Shown: positions 20,130 to 30,907, numbered from the stretch's first letter. The stretch: 61,277 bases of DNA from an uncultured Gammaproteobacteria bacterium (GCA_964587195.1 CAZPKN010000003.1:1-61277), one strand, 5' to 3'. Notes: a model not told the origin generated them from the letters alone. A program made the numbers and translations.

Positions 20130-20540
20130 ATGATGGATCCCATCGCAGACATGTTCACAAGAATTAGAAACGCTTCGGCCGTTAAGAAAACGGAGTTGGT
20201 TTTGCCTATGAGCAAGCTTAAATACGAAGTGGCCAAGATTTTAGAGCAAGAGTCTTGGATTAAAAAAGCGGAGATTGTTCCCGGCGGCCTCAATGGCAAG
20301 CACTCTAGTTTTGATGAACTAAAAATCTATTTGAAGTACCATAAAAACGGCAAGCCTCAGATTACCTCGATTAAGAAGATTAGTCGCCCGGGTTTGAAGA
20401 TTTATGTTAATAAGGATGAAATCCCGACGGTTTTGAATAATTTCGGCATGGCTATTATTTCGACTTCCAAGGGGCTGATGACTGGAAAAGAAGCTAGAAA
20501 GCAGAAGATAGGCGGAGAGGTTTTGGGAGAAATTTTTTAA
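20130..20540 (+). CDS. rpsH: 30S ribosomal protein S8
   Basis: DPIADMFTRIRNA, ISRPGLKIY and STSKGLMT motifs. Confidence 0.98.
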   Translation: MMDPIADMFTRIRNASAVKKTELVLPMSKLKYEVAKILEQESWIKKAEIVPGGLNGKHSSFDELKIYLKYHKNGKPQITSIKKISRPGLKIYVNKDEIPTVLNNFGMAIISTSKGLMTGKEARKQKIGGEVLGEIF

Positions 20541-20562
20541 TAATCACTAAGCATAATTTCAT

Positions 20563-21108
20563 ATGTCACGTTTAGGAAAATTACCAATTAAATTACCAGC
20601 CGGTATTCAGGTCACGATTAAGGACAAAGAGATATTATTCAAGGGGCCGAAAGGCGAACTGAAAATCGCTCAGAATCCTCTAGTAGAAGTTAAGCTGGAA
20701 AACGATGCCTTAATTATCGCTCCTTTTGATAAGGCGGCTAAAAATGCCAGCGCGATGTGGGGGTTGATTTGGAGTTTAGCGAGGAATTCCGTCCTGGGAG
20801 TAAGCGAGGGTTTTGTTAAAAAACTGGAAATCAATGGGGTTGGTTATCGCGCAGCGGTGGCTGGAGCTAAATTGAATTTAAACCTCGGCTATTCTCACCC
20901 GATTGAGTTCAAATTACCGGAAGGAATCGTTGCTGCCGTTGAAGCTAATACCATTACCATTAGCGGTGCAGATAAATGCTTAGTCGGTGAAACAGCTGCT
21001 CAGATTAGAAAACTACGTAAGCCGGAGCCATATAAAGGCAAAGGCGTTAAGTATTCCGATGAAGTAATTAGACGCAAGGCCGGTAAAGCCGCGGCTAAAG
21101 GTAAATAA
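20563..21108 (+). CDS. rplF: 50S ribosomal protein L6
   Basis: MSRLGKLPI, GYSHP and RKPEPYKGKG motifs. Confidence 0.98.
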   Translation: MSRLGKLPIKLPAGIQVTIKDKEILFKGPKGELKIAQNPLVEVKLENDALIIAPFDKAAKNASAMWGLIWSLARNSVLGVSEGFVKKLEINGVGYRAAVAGAKLNLNLGYSHPIEFKLPEGIVAAVEANTITISGADKCLVGETAAQIRKLRKPEPYKGKGVKYSDEVIRRKAGKAAAKGK

Positions 21109-21130
21109 TCACTAGCATAGATTTAATTAT

Positions 21131-21484
21131 ATGGATAAAAATAAGGCAAAAATTCAGAAAAATGCGCGTCGCCATGCTAAGGTCCGTTCAACTATTTCCG
21201 GAACGGCCGAGCGTCCACGCTTAAGCGTTTTTCGTTCTAATCGCGGCATGTTTATTCAATTAGTCGACGACTTAGCTGGAAAAACTTTAGTGAGCGCTTC
21301 TAGTTTAGAAATTAAGACTAAAGCGGCTAAAATAGATTTAGCTAAAGAGTTAGGCGTATTGATTGCGAAGAAGGCAAAAGAACTGAAAATTGCGCAGATT
21401 GTCTTTGACCGCAGTTCTTATAAATATCATGGTCGCGTTAAAGCTTTGGCTGATGGTGCCCGTGAAGGCGGTTTAGATTTTTAA
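21131..21484 (+). CDS. rplR: 50S ribosomal protein L18
   Basis: RPRLSVFRSN and YKYHGRVKALADGAREGGL motifs. Confidence 0.98.
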   Translation: MDKNKAKIQKNARRHAKVRSTISGTAERPRLSVFRSNRGMFIQLVDDLAGKTLVSASSLEIKTKAAKIDLAKELGVLIAKKAKELKIAQIVFDRSSYKYHGRVKALADGAREGGLDF

Positions 21485-21523
21485 TATTATATTTCCGCTA
21501 GCCGGATAATTAAACATTGTAAT

Positions 21524-22195
21524 ATGTCTGACATTAAAAAAACTACAAGTGAAAATATCTCTTCCGAAGCGCCTAGCGCTGCCAAAACCGTCGCTTCCGA
21601 TATTTATGGCGAGAAGAAGAAAGAGCGCTCCGGCGGTTTCCGTGGTCCGCGTCGTGGCGGCCGCGACGACAAGCCTAAGGACGATATGGAACAGCGTATT
21701 CTTGAGGTCGCGCGCGTTACTCGTGTTATGGCCGGCGGAAAAAGAATGAATTTTCGGGCTTGTGTAGCGATTGGCGACAAGAAGGGAACAGTTGGCGTCG
21801 GTTTAGGTAAAGGAGCTGATGTTACTATGGCGGTTAATAAAGCGGTGAATAAAGCCAAAAAAACCTTAGTTAAGGTCTCTATGGTTAATGAGACTATTCC
21901 ACATGAGGTAACCTTGAAATTAGGAGCGGCTCGCCAAATCATCAAGCCAGCTAAAAAAGGGCGCGGTGTTATTGCCGGCGGAGTCAGCCGTATTATTTTC
22001 GAATTAGCCGGAGTTAAGAATATTACCAGTAAAACCCTAGGCTCGAATAATAAAGTAAATAATGCTCGCTGTACGATAGAAGCTTTAAGACGTCTCCATA
22101 AAGTCGAAGCCAAGGAGACAAAAACTGAAGAAAAATCAGCGACTACCAAAAAAACTGTCGCAGATAAAACCGAGAAAAAAGCTAGCCACAAATAA
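21524..22195 (+). CDS. rpsE: 30S ribosomal protein S5 with N- and C-terminal extensions
   Basis: RVTRVMAGGKRMNF and GRGVIAGG motifs. Confidence 0.97.
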   Translation: MSDIKKTTSENISSEAPSAAKTVASDIYGEKKKERSGGFRGPRRGGRDDKPKDDMEQRILEVARVTRVMAGGKRMNFRACVAIGDKKGTVGVGLGKGADVTMAVNKAVNKAKKTLVKVSMVNETIPHEVTLKLGAARQIIKPAKKGRGVIAGGVSRIIFELAGVKNITSKTLGSNNKVNNARCTIEALRRLHKVEAKETKTEEKSATTKKTVADKTEKKASHK

Positions 22196-22217
22196 TTTGC
22201 AATAATTGCCTATATAT

Positions 22218-22631
22218 ATGCTATCACTTAATACTCTAAAAAAAGCCAAAGGTTCGGCTAAAAAAATCAAGCGCGTTGGTCGCGGTAATGCTTCTGGCCA
22301 TGGTACTTATAGTACCCGTGGTTTAAAGGGGCAGAAGGCTCGCTCCGGCGTTAGCAATCTAAAGCGTTTAGGGATGCGCAAACAATTGTTGGCAATTCCT
22401 AAAGCCCGGGGTTTTAAATCTTTAAAACCGAAGAATCAGATTGTGAGCGTCAAGGCAATTAATAGCAATTTCCAAGATAACGAAATTGTTAGCCCCGCTA
22501 CTTTATTTGCCAAAAAACTCATTTCTTCAGCTAACCTACCAGTTAAAGTGCTTGGCAAGGAGAAGCTAACCGTTAAAGTAACTTTTGAAAAGGTTTTAAC
22601 CAGTGCATCAGTGCAGAACCAAATCAAATAA
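22218..22631 (+). CDS. rplO: 50S ribosomal protein L15
   Basis: RVGRGNASGHGTYSTRGLKGQKARSG motif; ATG 22218 preferred. Confidence 0.95.
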   Translation: MLSLNTLKKAKGSAKKIKRVGRGNASGHGTYSTRGLKGQKARSGVSNLKRLGMRKQLLAIPKARGFKSLKPKNQIVSVKAINSNFQDNEIVSPATLFAKKLISSANLPVKVLGKEKLTVKVTFEKVLTSASVQNQIK

Positions 22632-22660
22632 TCGAGATTTTATTAAATAATCGAGATTCT

Positions 22661-23932
22661 ATGTTTAATAAATTGGAACAAATTTGGAAAGCGAAGGATT
22701 TACGTAACAATATTCTTTTTGTTTTGGGAATGTTGGTCGTTTTCCGTTTTGCCGCCCATATTCCTATTCCAGGAGTTGACGCGGTCGCTTTAAAGAATTT
22801 ATTCGCTTCTAACCAGATTTTTGGCTTAATGAATTTGTTTTCCGGCGGCGGCATGGAGAATTTCTCTATTGTCATGATGGGAGTTGCTCCATATATCACT
22901 TCATCGATTATTTTCCAATTATTAGGCATGATAGTTCCGAAAATCGAAGAAATGCAGAAGGAGGAGGATGGTCGCCAAAAGATTAATATGTGGACCCGTT
23001 GGTTAACTGTGCCTTTAGCGGCTATGCAGGCTTACGGTATGATTACCTTATTGCGCCGTGGCGCTACAGGAATTCTAGGAGACATCAGTACTTTTGACTT
23101 TACAGTCGTTATTATTACTATCAGCGCTGGTACGATCTTGTTAATGTGGATTGGTGAATTAATATCCGAAAAGAAAGTCGGTAACGGCATTTCTTTATTG
23201 ATTTTTGCTGGTATTATTTCCGGACTACTGCAGACTGTCAGACAAGTGTTTATCACTTTCGATGTTTCCCAATTATTCATGTTAATCGGTTTTGCGGCCA
23301 TTACTATTATTACCGTTGTCGGTGTCGTTATCATCAACGAAGGACAGCGCAATATTCCAGTCCAATATGCTCGTCAAATCAGAGGCAATCGTGCTTTCGG
23401 CGGAACCAGTACCCATTTGCCTTTACGGGTTAATATGGCCGGCGTTATCCCGATTATTTTTGCTATTTCGGTTGTTTTATTCCCATCGATGATTGCCCAG
23501 TTTTTAATTCATGCGAAAAGCTTGTGGTTGGTTAATCTTGCCAATTGGACCATAGAGATGTTTAACAATCAGTTGTTTTACGGTATCACTTATTTCATCT
23601 TGGTTTTTGCTTTTACTTATTTTTATACCGAAGTGGTTTTTCATCCGAAAAGAATTTCCGAAAATCTCCAAAAGCAAGGCGGTTTTATCCCTGGTATCCG
23701 ACCGGGACAAGCGACTAGTGATTACTTGTCTGATACAACTCATAAAATCATTCTAGTCGGCGCGCTTTTCTTAGGCATTATTGCTGTTTTACCTTTAATT
23801 ATGCAATATATAACCGGCATGCAGTCCTTTGCCATCGGCGGCACTAGTTTGTTAATTGTTGTTGCAGTAGTCATTGAGACGGTTAAGCAAATCGAGGCTC
23901 AACTAACGATGCGTGAGTATGACGGCCTCTAA
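22661..23932 (+). CDS. secY: Preprotein translocase SecY
   Basis: GVAPYITSSII, GNGISLLIF, AGVIPIIFA and GGTSLLIVV motifs. Confidence 0.99.
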   Translation: MFNKLEQIWKAKDLRNNILFVLGMLVVFRFAAHIPIPGVDAVALKNLFASNQIFGLMNLFSGGGMENFSIVMMGVAPYITSSIIFQLLGMIVPKIEEMQKEEDGRQKINMWTRWLTVPLAAMQAYGMITLLRRGATGILGDISTFDFTVVIITISAGTILLMWIGELISEKKVGNGISLLIFAGIISGLLQTVRQVFITFDVSQLFMLIGFAAITIITVVGVVIINEGQRNIPVQYARQIRGNRAFGGTSTHLPLRVNMAGVIPIIFAISVVLFPSMIAQFLIHAKSLWLVNLANWTIEMFNNQLFYGITYFILVFAFTYFYTEVVFHPKRISENLQKQGGFIPGIRPGQATSDYLSDTTHKIILVGALFLGIIAVLPLIMQYITGMQSFAIGGTSLLIVVAVVIETVKQIEAQLTMREYDGL

Positions 23933-24027
23933 TTTCCCAATTATTTTCTGATTTTTAAAAAAAGCGGCTTTCTTGCCGTCTTTTTTTATGTTATAATTTG
24001 AATAAATTGTTAAATCTTCTAAATTAT

Positions 24028-24321
24028 ATGGGGTTATTCAATATTGCTGCTAATGCTAAAAAAATGACGGATTATCGTCTCGATCAGAAATTAGACGAGT
24101 TTTTTCGCCGGAATCCATCTTTTAAGAATCTCCGTGATAATCAAGAATTGGTTTTTGATATCATTAAAAAATATAAGGATAAAAGTCGGCGCGGAATCGC
24201 CACTTCACGTCTAACAGTTAAACGGGATATGTATAAGCTGTATAAAGACAGAACTAAATTAGGGCTTAGCTTGAGCGATTTAGACGATTTGCGCGATTTG
24301 TTATCGTCTTTTAAATCTTAA
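24028..24321 (+). CDS. Hypothetical protein between secY and map
   Basis: 97-aa basic ORF preceded by TGTTATAAT at 23989-23997. Confidence 0.65.
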   Translation: MGLFNIAANAKKMTDYRLDQKLDEFFRRNPSFKNLRDNQELVFDIIKKYKDKSRRGIATSRLTVKRDMYKLYKDRTKLGLSLSDLDDLRDLLSSFKS

Positions 24322-24324
24322 CTT

Positions 24325-25155
24325 ATGATTTACATAAAAACAAAAGAGGAAATCCGCATTATTAAAGAAGGCGGCCGCCGTTTGGCGGCTATTTTGCGTC
24401 GCCTTAAAGAAGAGATGAAGCCGGGAACTAGTACAGCTTACTTGGAGGAGTTGTCAGAAACGATGATAAAAGAAGTCGGCGGACGGGCCGCTTTTAAGAA
24501 TTATCCAATGGGTGGGGGGCTGTTTTTCCCATCAGCCCTCTGTGTCTCTATTAACGACGAAGTTGTTCATGGCGCCTCTTTGCCGGATCGAATTTTAAAA
24601 GAAGGCGACATTGTCGACTTAGATATTGGCATGGAATGGCCGGTAGATGAATCTTTACGGGAAAAATTTCAGGCACCCCTCAATCCTCACTCTAAAGATG
24701 GCGGCTTTTTTACCGATATGTGCATGACTTTCCCGGTCGGAAAAATAAGTAAAGAAAATCAAAAACTGTTACGGATTACCGAAGAATGTTTAAACAAAGC
24801 GATTAAAGTCATAAAACCTGGTAAACGCATTAATGATATCGCCCGCGTCATCGAGCGTCACGCCGAAAATCATGGTTATGGAGTTGTTCGTGATTTAGTC
24901 GGTCACGGCGTCGGTTATTATGCTCATGAAGAGCCGGATGTTTTTAACTTTTCTATTAATCCAGAAGCACGAGAAAATATCGTTCTAAAAGCGGGAATGG
25001 TGATTGCGGTTGAGCCGATGATCAATGCCGGTGATTGGCGGGTAAAAATGCATCCCAATGGCTATACTATTCTAACCGAAGATGCTTCCTATAGCGCCCA
25101 CTTTGAACACACGATTGCCATCACAGAAGATGGTTGTGAAGTACTGACTAAATAG
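24325..25155 (+). CDS. map: Methionine aminopeptidase type I
   Basis: CVSINDEVVHG, GHGVG, EPM and SAHFEHT motifs. Confidence 0.96.
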   Translation: MIYIKTKEEIRIIKEGGRRLAAILRRLKEEMKPGTSTAYLEELSETMIKEVGGRAAFKNYPMGGGLFFPSALCVSINDEVVHGASLPDRILKEGDIVDLDIGMEWPVDESLREKFQAPLNPHSKDGGFFTDMCMTFPVGKISKENQKLLRITEECLNKAIKVIKPGKRINDIARVIERHAENHGYGVVRDLVGHGVGYYAHEEPDVFNFSINPEARENIVLKAGMVIAVEPMINAGDWRVKMHPNGYTILTEDASYSAHFEHTIAITEDGCEVLTK

Positions 25156-25168
25156 CTAACAATATTCT

Positions 25169-25549
25169 ATGGATAGCAAAAGGTATTTAGGAGTAGATTG
25201 GGGAGAAAAACGAATAGGATTAGCGCTCGCTGAGGAGGAGACTTCTTTAGCTTTACCTTTTAAGACGGCTGCTAATCTTCAAGAACTTTTGACTATTATC
25301 AATTCCGAAGAAATTACCGACATTGTTATTGGTTCGCCGCGCAAGATGAGCGGGGAATCAGCCAGTAACCCTCTTTGGCTTGATTTTGTTGAAAAGCTAA
25401 AGGCCAGTACGAAGATAAATGTCCATTTCATTGATGAGCGTTTAACTAGTTTAGCGGCTGATGCGCGTGGCGGGAGAGACAAGAATAAGGCTAGCCGAGA
25501 TGAAATTGCTGCAAGTATAATTTTACAAGATTTTTTAGATAGTCATTAG
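25169..25549 (+). CDS. ruvX: YqgF/RuvX family pre-16S rRNA nuclease
   Basis: LGVDWGEKRIGLA, DERLTS and AASIILQDFL motifs. Confidence 0.92.
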   Translation: MDSKRYLGVDWGEKRIGLALAEEETSLALPFKTAANLQELLTIINSEEITDIVIGSPRKMSGESASNPLWLDFVEKLKASTKINVHFIDERLTSLAADARGGRDKNKASRDEIAASIILQDFLDSH

Positions 25550-25563
25550 AATGAGAATTATTA

Positions 25564-25696
25564 TCATATAGAATAGTTTTTCGGAGCGCATATGATTTCG
25601 TAAAGCAAAAATGAGTTTCAATAAATTAAAAGAATTAACTATTTACGAATTTTTGCCCCAGAAATCATCTAAGCGCAGGAAAACTATTCTATATGA
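25564..25696. ncRNA. Candidate structured RNA or long imperfect hairpin
   Basis: 17-bp perfect terminal inverted repeat enclosing nested 4-, 8- and 8-bp stems. Confidence 0.4.
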
Positions 25697-25739
25697 GATG
25701 CGCTAATAGCTATGAGATATATCTCTTATAGTTGACTAT

Positions 25740-26498
25740 ATGGATGAAACTAAGAATTCACAGGCCATTATTTTGAATCGCTCCGACTATCGCGAGAGCG
25801 ATTCTTTGATTACCGTTTATACTAAGGATTACGGGAAATTATCTTTAATTGCCCGGGGAGCTAAAAAATTAAGCTCTAAGTTAAGCGGCCATTTAGAACC
25901 GCTGAGCCTAGTTGATATTTTAATTATAAAAGGAAAAGGTTTTGATTATATTGGGAGCGCTTTAGGTCGTCAAGCTTTTTTAGGGATTAAAGATGATTTA
26001 AACAAGCTTTATTTTGCCGGCTTGGCTCTAAGAAATTTTAATCTTTTAGTGCGTGACAATCAGCCTGATGAAAGGCTTTTTTTCTTGTTACAGCGATTTT
26101 TGGAAGTTTTAGACAACTATTCAGGAGATGAGTTTACCAGGGAAAATGGTGACTTGCTCTATGTCTTTTTTGCCCTAAAACTTCTCTCAGAGTTGGGCTA
26201 TAGACCGGAAATGCACGAATGTCTATCATGTCGAAGCCAGATAAAATCTGGAAAAAATTATTTTAACTTAAAGAATGGCGGCCTGGTCTGTGAGAATTGT
26301 TTTAAGAAAGAGTTTTCTATTTATGAAAAAGAGGGGATACGTCCAGCAGAAATATTGACAATATCAGATAATTGTATCAAACTGATGCGTTTTATGACGG
26401 ATAATAAGTTAGAGACAGCTTCAAAGCTACGGCTCGATAAAAAGTTTATCAAAGAATTGTCAATTTTAGTTAATAATTTTATTAGCTTTAGATCTTAA
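25740..26498 (+). CDS. recO: DNA repair protein RecO
   Basis: YRESDSLITVYTKDYGKL N-terminal OB motif; CxxC...CxxC zinc site. Confidence 0.94.
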   Translation: MDETKNSQAIILNRSDYRESDSLITVYTKDYGKLSLIARGAKKLSSKLSGHLEPLSLVDILIIKGKGFDYIGSALGRQAFLGIKDDLNKLYFAGLALRNFNLLVRDNQPDERLFFLLQRFLEVLDNYSGDEFTRENGDLLYVFFALKLLSELGYRPEMHECLSCRSQIKSGKNYFNLKNGGLVCENCFKKEFSIYEKEGIRPAEILTISDNCIKLMRFMTDNKLETASKLRLDKKFIKELSILVNNFISFRS

Positions 26499-26551
26499 AG
26501 TAATCCTGCGCGGACAGTCTAAATCGCTCATTTTTTGGGGCGATTTTTTTC

Positions 26552-26580
26552 TTGCTAAAAGGGTTAAAATGCGTTAATAT
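26552..26580 (+). promoter_or_regulatory. Sigma70 promoter of aspS-asnS
   Basis: TTGCTA-N17-TAATAT just after a terminator hairpin at 26521-26550. Confidence 0.5.
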
Positions 26581-26646
26581 TTAGATAGTTTAATAAAAAT
26601 TTTTTAAATAAATCCGAGTTATTGCAACTTGGGCTTAGTTTATTTT

Positions 26647-28440
26647 ATGTTAAGAACGCATACTTGCGGAGAGCTTAGCGCTTCCCATGCTGGCCAGGAA
26701 ACATCTTTAGCGGGTTGGGTAAATAGCGCTCGTAATTTGGGCGGTTTGATATTTATTGATTTGCGCGACCGCTACGGGATAACTCAAGTAAAAATTGACC
26801 CTCAGGCTAGGCCGGATTTAGCTGAGATTGCTAGTGAGTTTCGCTCAGAATGGGTTATTGGTGTTAGGGGTCAGGTGATTGCTCGGCCGGAAGAAATGAA
26901 GAACACGAAAATGGCGACGGGAGAAATCGAAGTAATAGCTTCAAGTTTAGAAGTTTTTAGTCGCGCTCAAGTCATGCCGTTTGAAATTAGCGATGAAAAA
27001 AACGGGGAAGCGAATGAGGCCTTGCGCCTTAAATATCGTTTTCTCGATTTGCGCCGCCCGAAATTACAGAAAATGTTAGAGAGTAAGGATAAGTTTATTC
27101 GCCACATGCGAACTTATTTTCATAACCAAGGTTTTACCGAAATTCAGACTCCAATTTTAGCCAATTCATCTCCAGAGGGAGCGCGTGACTTTTTAGTTCC
27201 ATCACGTCTATATCCCGGTAAATTCTATGCCTTACCGCAGGCACCACAACAATTCAAACAACTTTTAATGGTTGGCGGGCTTGATAAGTATTTCCAGATT
27301 GCGCCTTGCTTTCGTGATGAGGATCCGCGTATGGATAGGCATTATGGCGAGTTCTATCAACTGGATATGGAAATGAGTTTTGTTGAACAAGAAGATGTTT
27401 TCAAAATAATGGAGCCTTTAATGATAGAGCTGACGGAAAAATTTAGTGAAAAGAAAATCATTAATCTCTTGCCAGATGGCCGTTTTGTTAAAATTTCTTG
27501 GACAGAATCCATGAATAAATACGGTGTTGATAAGCCAGACTTGCGCTTTGGATTGGAGATTAAGAACATCAGTGACTCGGTTAAAGATTGCGGTTTCAGC
27601 GTCTTTGAAGAGGCGATAAAAAACAAGGGGGTTGTTCATGCTTTGAAAATTGACGGCGGGGCGAAATTCACTAGACGTGAGATTGATGAGTTTGCAGAGT
27701 TAGCCAAGAAAAAAGGCGCTAAAGGTTTAGCCTATTTATCTAAAAAAGATAGTGTTTTGAATTCTCCTTTTGCTAAATTTTTAAGTCCGGAAAAATTGGA
27801 AGCCATTGCTTTAGAGTGTGAAGTTCAGGAGGGTGATATTGTATTTTTTGCCGCCGATGCTTGGCGAACGGTCTGCGCTGTTTTAGGGGCTATTCGCAAC
27901 GATGCAGCGAGCAGGCTGGGATTAAAAGACAATAATAAAGCGGCCTGGGCCTGGATCGTTGATTTCCCGATGTATGATTATTCTGATATTGAAGAAGGTC
28001 GTATTGATTTTGGTCACAATCCTTTTTCTATGCCCCAGGGAGGAATGAAGGCACTAATGGAAAAAGATCCGCTTGATATTTTAGCCTATCAATACGATTT
28101 AGTTTTAAACGGTTTTGAAGTTTCAAGTGGAGCCATTCGTAATCATGAGCCAGAAATAATGTATAAAGCTTTTGAGATTGCTGGCTACCCGCACGAAGAA
28201 GTTGATAAGCGTTTCGGAGCAATGATTAAAGCTTTTTCCTATGGCGCTCCACCCCATGGCGGCAATGCCCCCGGATTAGATCGATTGCTTATGGTTTTAA
28301 ATGATTGGGATTCGATTCGTGATATCTATGCTTTCCCTAAAGATGGACAAGGACGCGATTTAATGACTGATTCTCCGGGAGAAGTGTACCCCAAACAGCT
28401 TGATGAGCTTAATCTTTCACTGAAAGAAATTAAAAAATAA
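26647..28440 (+). CDS. aspS: Aspartyl-tRNA synthetase
   Basis: [33 protein letters not shown] and PPHGG motifs; Leu at the RNLGG position, as in discriminating enzymes. Confidence 0.98.
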   Translation: MLRTHTCGELSASHAGQETSLAGWVNSARNLGGLIFIDLRDRYGITQVKIDPQARPDLAEIASEFRSEWVIGVRGQVIARPEEMKNTKMATGEIEVIASSLEVFSRAQVMPFEISDEKNGEANEALRLKYRFLDLRRPKLQKMLESKDKFIRHMRTYFHNQGFTEIQTPILANSSPEGARDFLVPSRLYPGKFYALPQAPQQFKQLLMVGGLDKYFQIAPCFRDEDPRMDRHYGEFYQLDMEMSFVEQEDVFKIMEPLMIELTEKFSEKKIINLLPDGRFVKISWTESMNKYGVDKPDLRFGLEIKNISDSVKDCGFSVFEEAIKNKGVVHALKIDGGAKFTRREIDEFAELAKKKGAKGLAYLSKKDSVLNSPFAKFLSPEKLEAIALECEVQEGDIVFFAADAWRTVCAVLGAIRNDAASRLGLKDNNKAAWAWIVDFPMYDYSDIEEGRIDFGHNPFSMPQGGMKALMEKDPLDILAYQYDLVLNGFEVSSGAIRNHEPEIMYKAFEIAGYPHEEVDKRFGAMIKAFSYGAPPHGGNAPGLDRLLMVLNDWDSIRDIYAFPKDGQGRDLMTDSPGEVYPKQLDELNLSLKEIKK

Positions 28441-28465
28441 TTTTGTTCTACTTAAGATTAATAAT

Positions 28466-29857
28466 ATGCTTAAAACTTTAATTAAACCGCTTTATAGAGA
28501 CACGGCTAATTATCTCGGAAAAAATATTATCGTTTCCGGTTGGGTTAGAACTTCAAGAAGTTCTAAAGACTTTGGTTTTATTGAGCTTAATGACGGTTCG
28601 TTCTTTAAGGGGTTGCAAATTTTTTTTGATAACAGTTTAGATAACTTTTCTGAAGTCGAAAAAATAAATATTGGTTCATCCTTAGAAATTGAAGGCGAGC
28701 TAGTTGAATCACCAGCCGCTGGACAAGTATTTGAGCTTAAAGCTAGTAAAATAACCGTTCTTAACGAAGCAGATGAAGATTTCCCCTTACAAAAGAAAAA
28801 ACATAGTTTTGAATTTTTAAGAACCATCGCTCATCTTCGTGGGCGCAGTAATACCTTCTCAGCTGTTTTCAGATTGCGTTCTGCCTTAAGTCAATCAATA
28901 CATAAATTTTTTCAAGAAGAAGGTTTTGCTTATATTCAAACACCAATAATTTCTACTTCCGACGCGGAAGGGGCCGGAGAAATGTTTCCAGTTACTAGTT
29001 TAGATTTAAAAAATCCGCCCTTGGATGAAAGAGGGGAGATAGACTATAAAGAGGATTTCTTTGGCAAGAAGGTTGGTCTAACTGTTACCGGCCAGTTAAA
29101 TGCTGAAGCTTTGATTTTCGGTCTTGATAAAGTTTATACATTTGGTCCAGCGTTTAGGGCCGAGAATTCTTATACCACTCGCCATGCTTCAGAGTTTTGG
29201 ATGATGGAGCCAGAAATGGCCTTTGCTGATATTAATGATAATATGGATCTTGAAGAAAAAATGCTTAAATATTTAATTAACTACATTTTAAAAGAAATTC
29301 CTGAGGAGATGGAATTTTTCGATAGGTTCATTGAAAACGGCTTAATAGAGCGTTTAAAAAAACTAGCTAATTCGACTTTCAGACGCATGACCTATACCGA
29401 GGGAATAGAGCTGCTCGAAAAATCGGGCAAGAAATTTGAGTACCCAGTGAAGTGGGGAATTGATTTACAAACTGAACACGAGCGTTATCTTTGTGAAGAA
29501 GTAGTTGGCGGTCCGGTCTTTTTAACCGACTATCCTAAGGAAATTAAAGCTTTCTATATGCGCGTCAATGATGACGGCAAAACTGTAGCAGCAGTTGACT
29601 TACTAGTCCCCGGCATCGGTGAAATTATCGGCGGCAGTCAGAGAGAAGAGCGCTTGGATGTTTTAGAAAAGAGAATGGAGGAAATGGGTCTTAAGAAGGA
29701 AGATTATGATTGGTATCTTGATTTGCGCCGCTTCGGCTCAGTTAAGCACTCCGGATTTGGCTTAGGCTTTGAGAGATTAGTTATGTATTTATCGGGGATG
29801 GCCAATATCCGTGATGTTATTCCTTTCCCACGTACGCCTAAGAACGCGGAATTTTAA
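28466..29857 (+). CDS. asnS: Asparaginyl-tRNA synthetase
   Basis: [28 protein letters not shown] and GFGLGFER motifs. Confidence 0.97.
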   Translation: MLKTLIKPLYRDTANYLGKNIIVSGWVRTSRSSKDFGFIELNDGSFFKGLQIFFDNSLDNFSEVEKINIGSSLEIEGELVESPAAGQVFELKASKITVLNEADEDFPLQKKKHSFEFLRTIAHLRGRSNTFSAVFRLRSALSQSIHKFFQEEGFAYIQTPIISTSDAEGAGEMFPVTSLDLKNPPLDERGEIDYKEDFFGKKVGLTVTGQLNAEALIFGLDKVYTFGPAFRAENSYTTRHASEFWMMEPEMAFADINDNMDLEEKMLKYLINYILKEIPEEMEFFDRFIENGLIERLKKLANSTFRRMTYTEGIELLEKSGKKFEYPVKWGIDLQTEHERYLCEEVVGGPVFLTDYPKEIKAFYMRVNDDGKTVAAVDLLVPGIGEIIGGSQREERLDVLEKRMEEMGLKKEDYDWYLDLRRFGSVKHSGFGLGFERLVMYLSGMANIRDVIPFPRTPKNAEF

Positions 29858-29860
29858 ATT

Positions 29861-30907
29861 ATGAGCGCCTTACCTGCGGGAATGCTACTAACTTTTATTA
29901 TTCTGCCTCTGCCGGTCATTTTAATAATTTCTATTGTGATGGCCGTCTTAGACAATAAAAAAAATATGAACAACAAACACAACGCCAAGTATGCTTTTTA
30001 TTATCTCCTGTCTCTAGCGGCTTTGATTTTTATGGCGATTTCTATCGGCATGATTGCCTTTAGTATTATCGATAGAACTATTCCCGATATACTGGCTTAC
30101 AATAATTATTATTCCATTGATGGCCGTTTGAAATTTGCCATTTCCGCGCTATTAATCTCCGGGCCGATTTTCTACTGGATGTCATATCTGATTAATCGCG
30201 GTTTGCGCAGAGGCGAACTGGAAAAAGAATCGGGCATACGCCGCTGGTTAACTTATTTTATTATTTTAGTTTCTTCCTTAATTATCTTAGGATCTTTTGT
30301 CAGTCTGATTAATAGCTTTCTGTCAGGCGAATTAACGACTCGTTTTATCTTTAAAGCGCTAACCGTGATGATTATTGCCGGCGTTTCATTCTCTTTTTAT
30401 CTCTATGATATTAAAAGAGCTAATCCTGAACAGCCGGATAAAGTCGTTAAAATTTTTCTACTAGCTACCTTAACTTTAGCTTTAGCCGCTTTTATTTCTG
30501 CCTGGTTTTTTGTTGAATCGCCTAGTGAGGCGCGTGCCCGTCGTTTAGACGAAATGGTTTTAAATAATATTTCTAGTTTAGAGAATGCTGTTAATAGCTA
30601 TTATAGCCATAGTGAAGTATTACCAGAAAACTTGAGCGCTTTAACAGCTGACAGTCGTCTTTATTATTTGGATGCTAATAATTTGCTGGATCCGGAAACC
30701 AAGGAGCCGATTGTTTATAATCGTTTAAGCGAAACAGAGTTTGAATTTTGTGCGACTTTTAGAATCGATAATCGAAACAAACAGACCGAAGCAGGCTATA
30801 GGCCGATTAACCAAAATCGGGAGCATGATAAAGGTTACCAATGTTTATCTGGCGTTCTGTGGGAGACGGTTAAGGCTACGCCGGCTGATAAGGTATTAAT
30901 TGATTAA
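29861..30907 (+). CDS. Membrane protein, DUF5671-like, with a C-terminal periplasmic domain
   Basis: Several TM helices; IRRWLTYFII and DPET...Y...FEFCATF motifs. Confidence 0.7.
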   Translation: MSALPAGMLLTFIILPLPVILIISIVMAVLDNKKNMNNKHNAKYAFYYLLSLAALIFMAISIGMIAFSIIDRTIPDILAYNNYYSIDGRLKFAISALLISGPIFYWMSYLINRGLRRGELEKESGIRRWLTYFIILVSSLIILGSFVSLINSFLSGELTTRFIFKALTVMIIAGVSFSFYLYDIKRANPEQPDKVVKIFLLATLTLALAAFISAWFFVESPSEARARRLDEMVLNNISSLENAVNSYYSHSEVLPENLSALTADSRLYYLDANNLLDPETKEPIVYNRLSETEFEFCATFRIDNRNKQTEAGYRPINQNREHDKGYQCLSGVLWETVKATPADKVLID

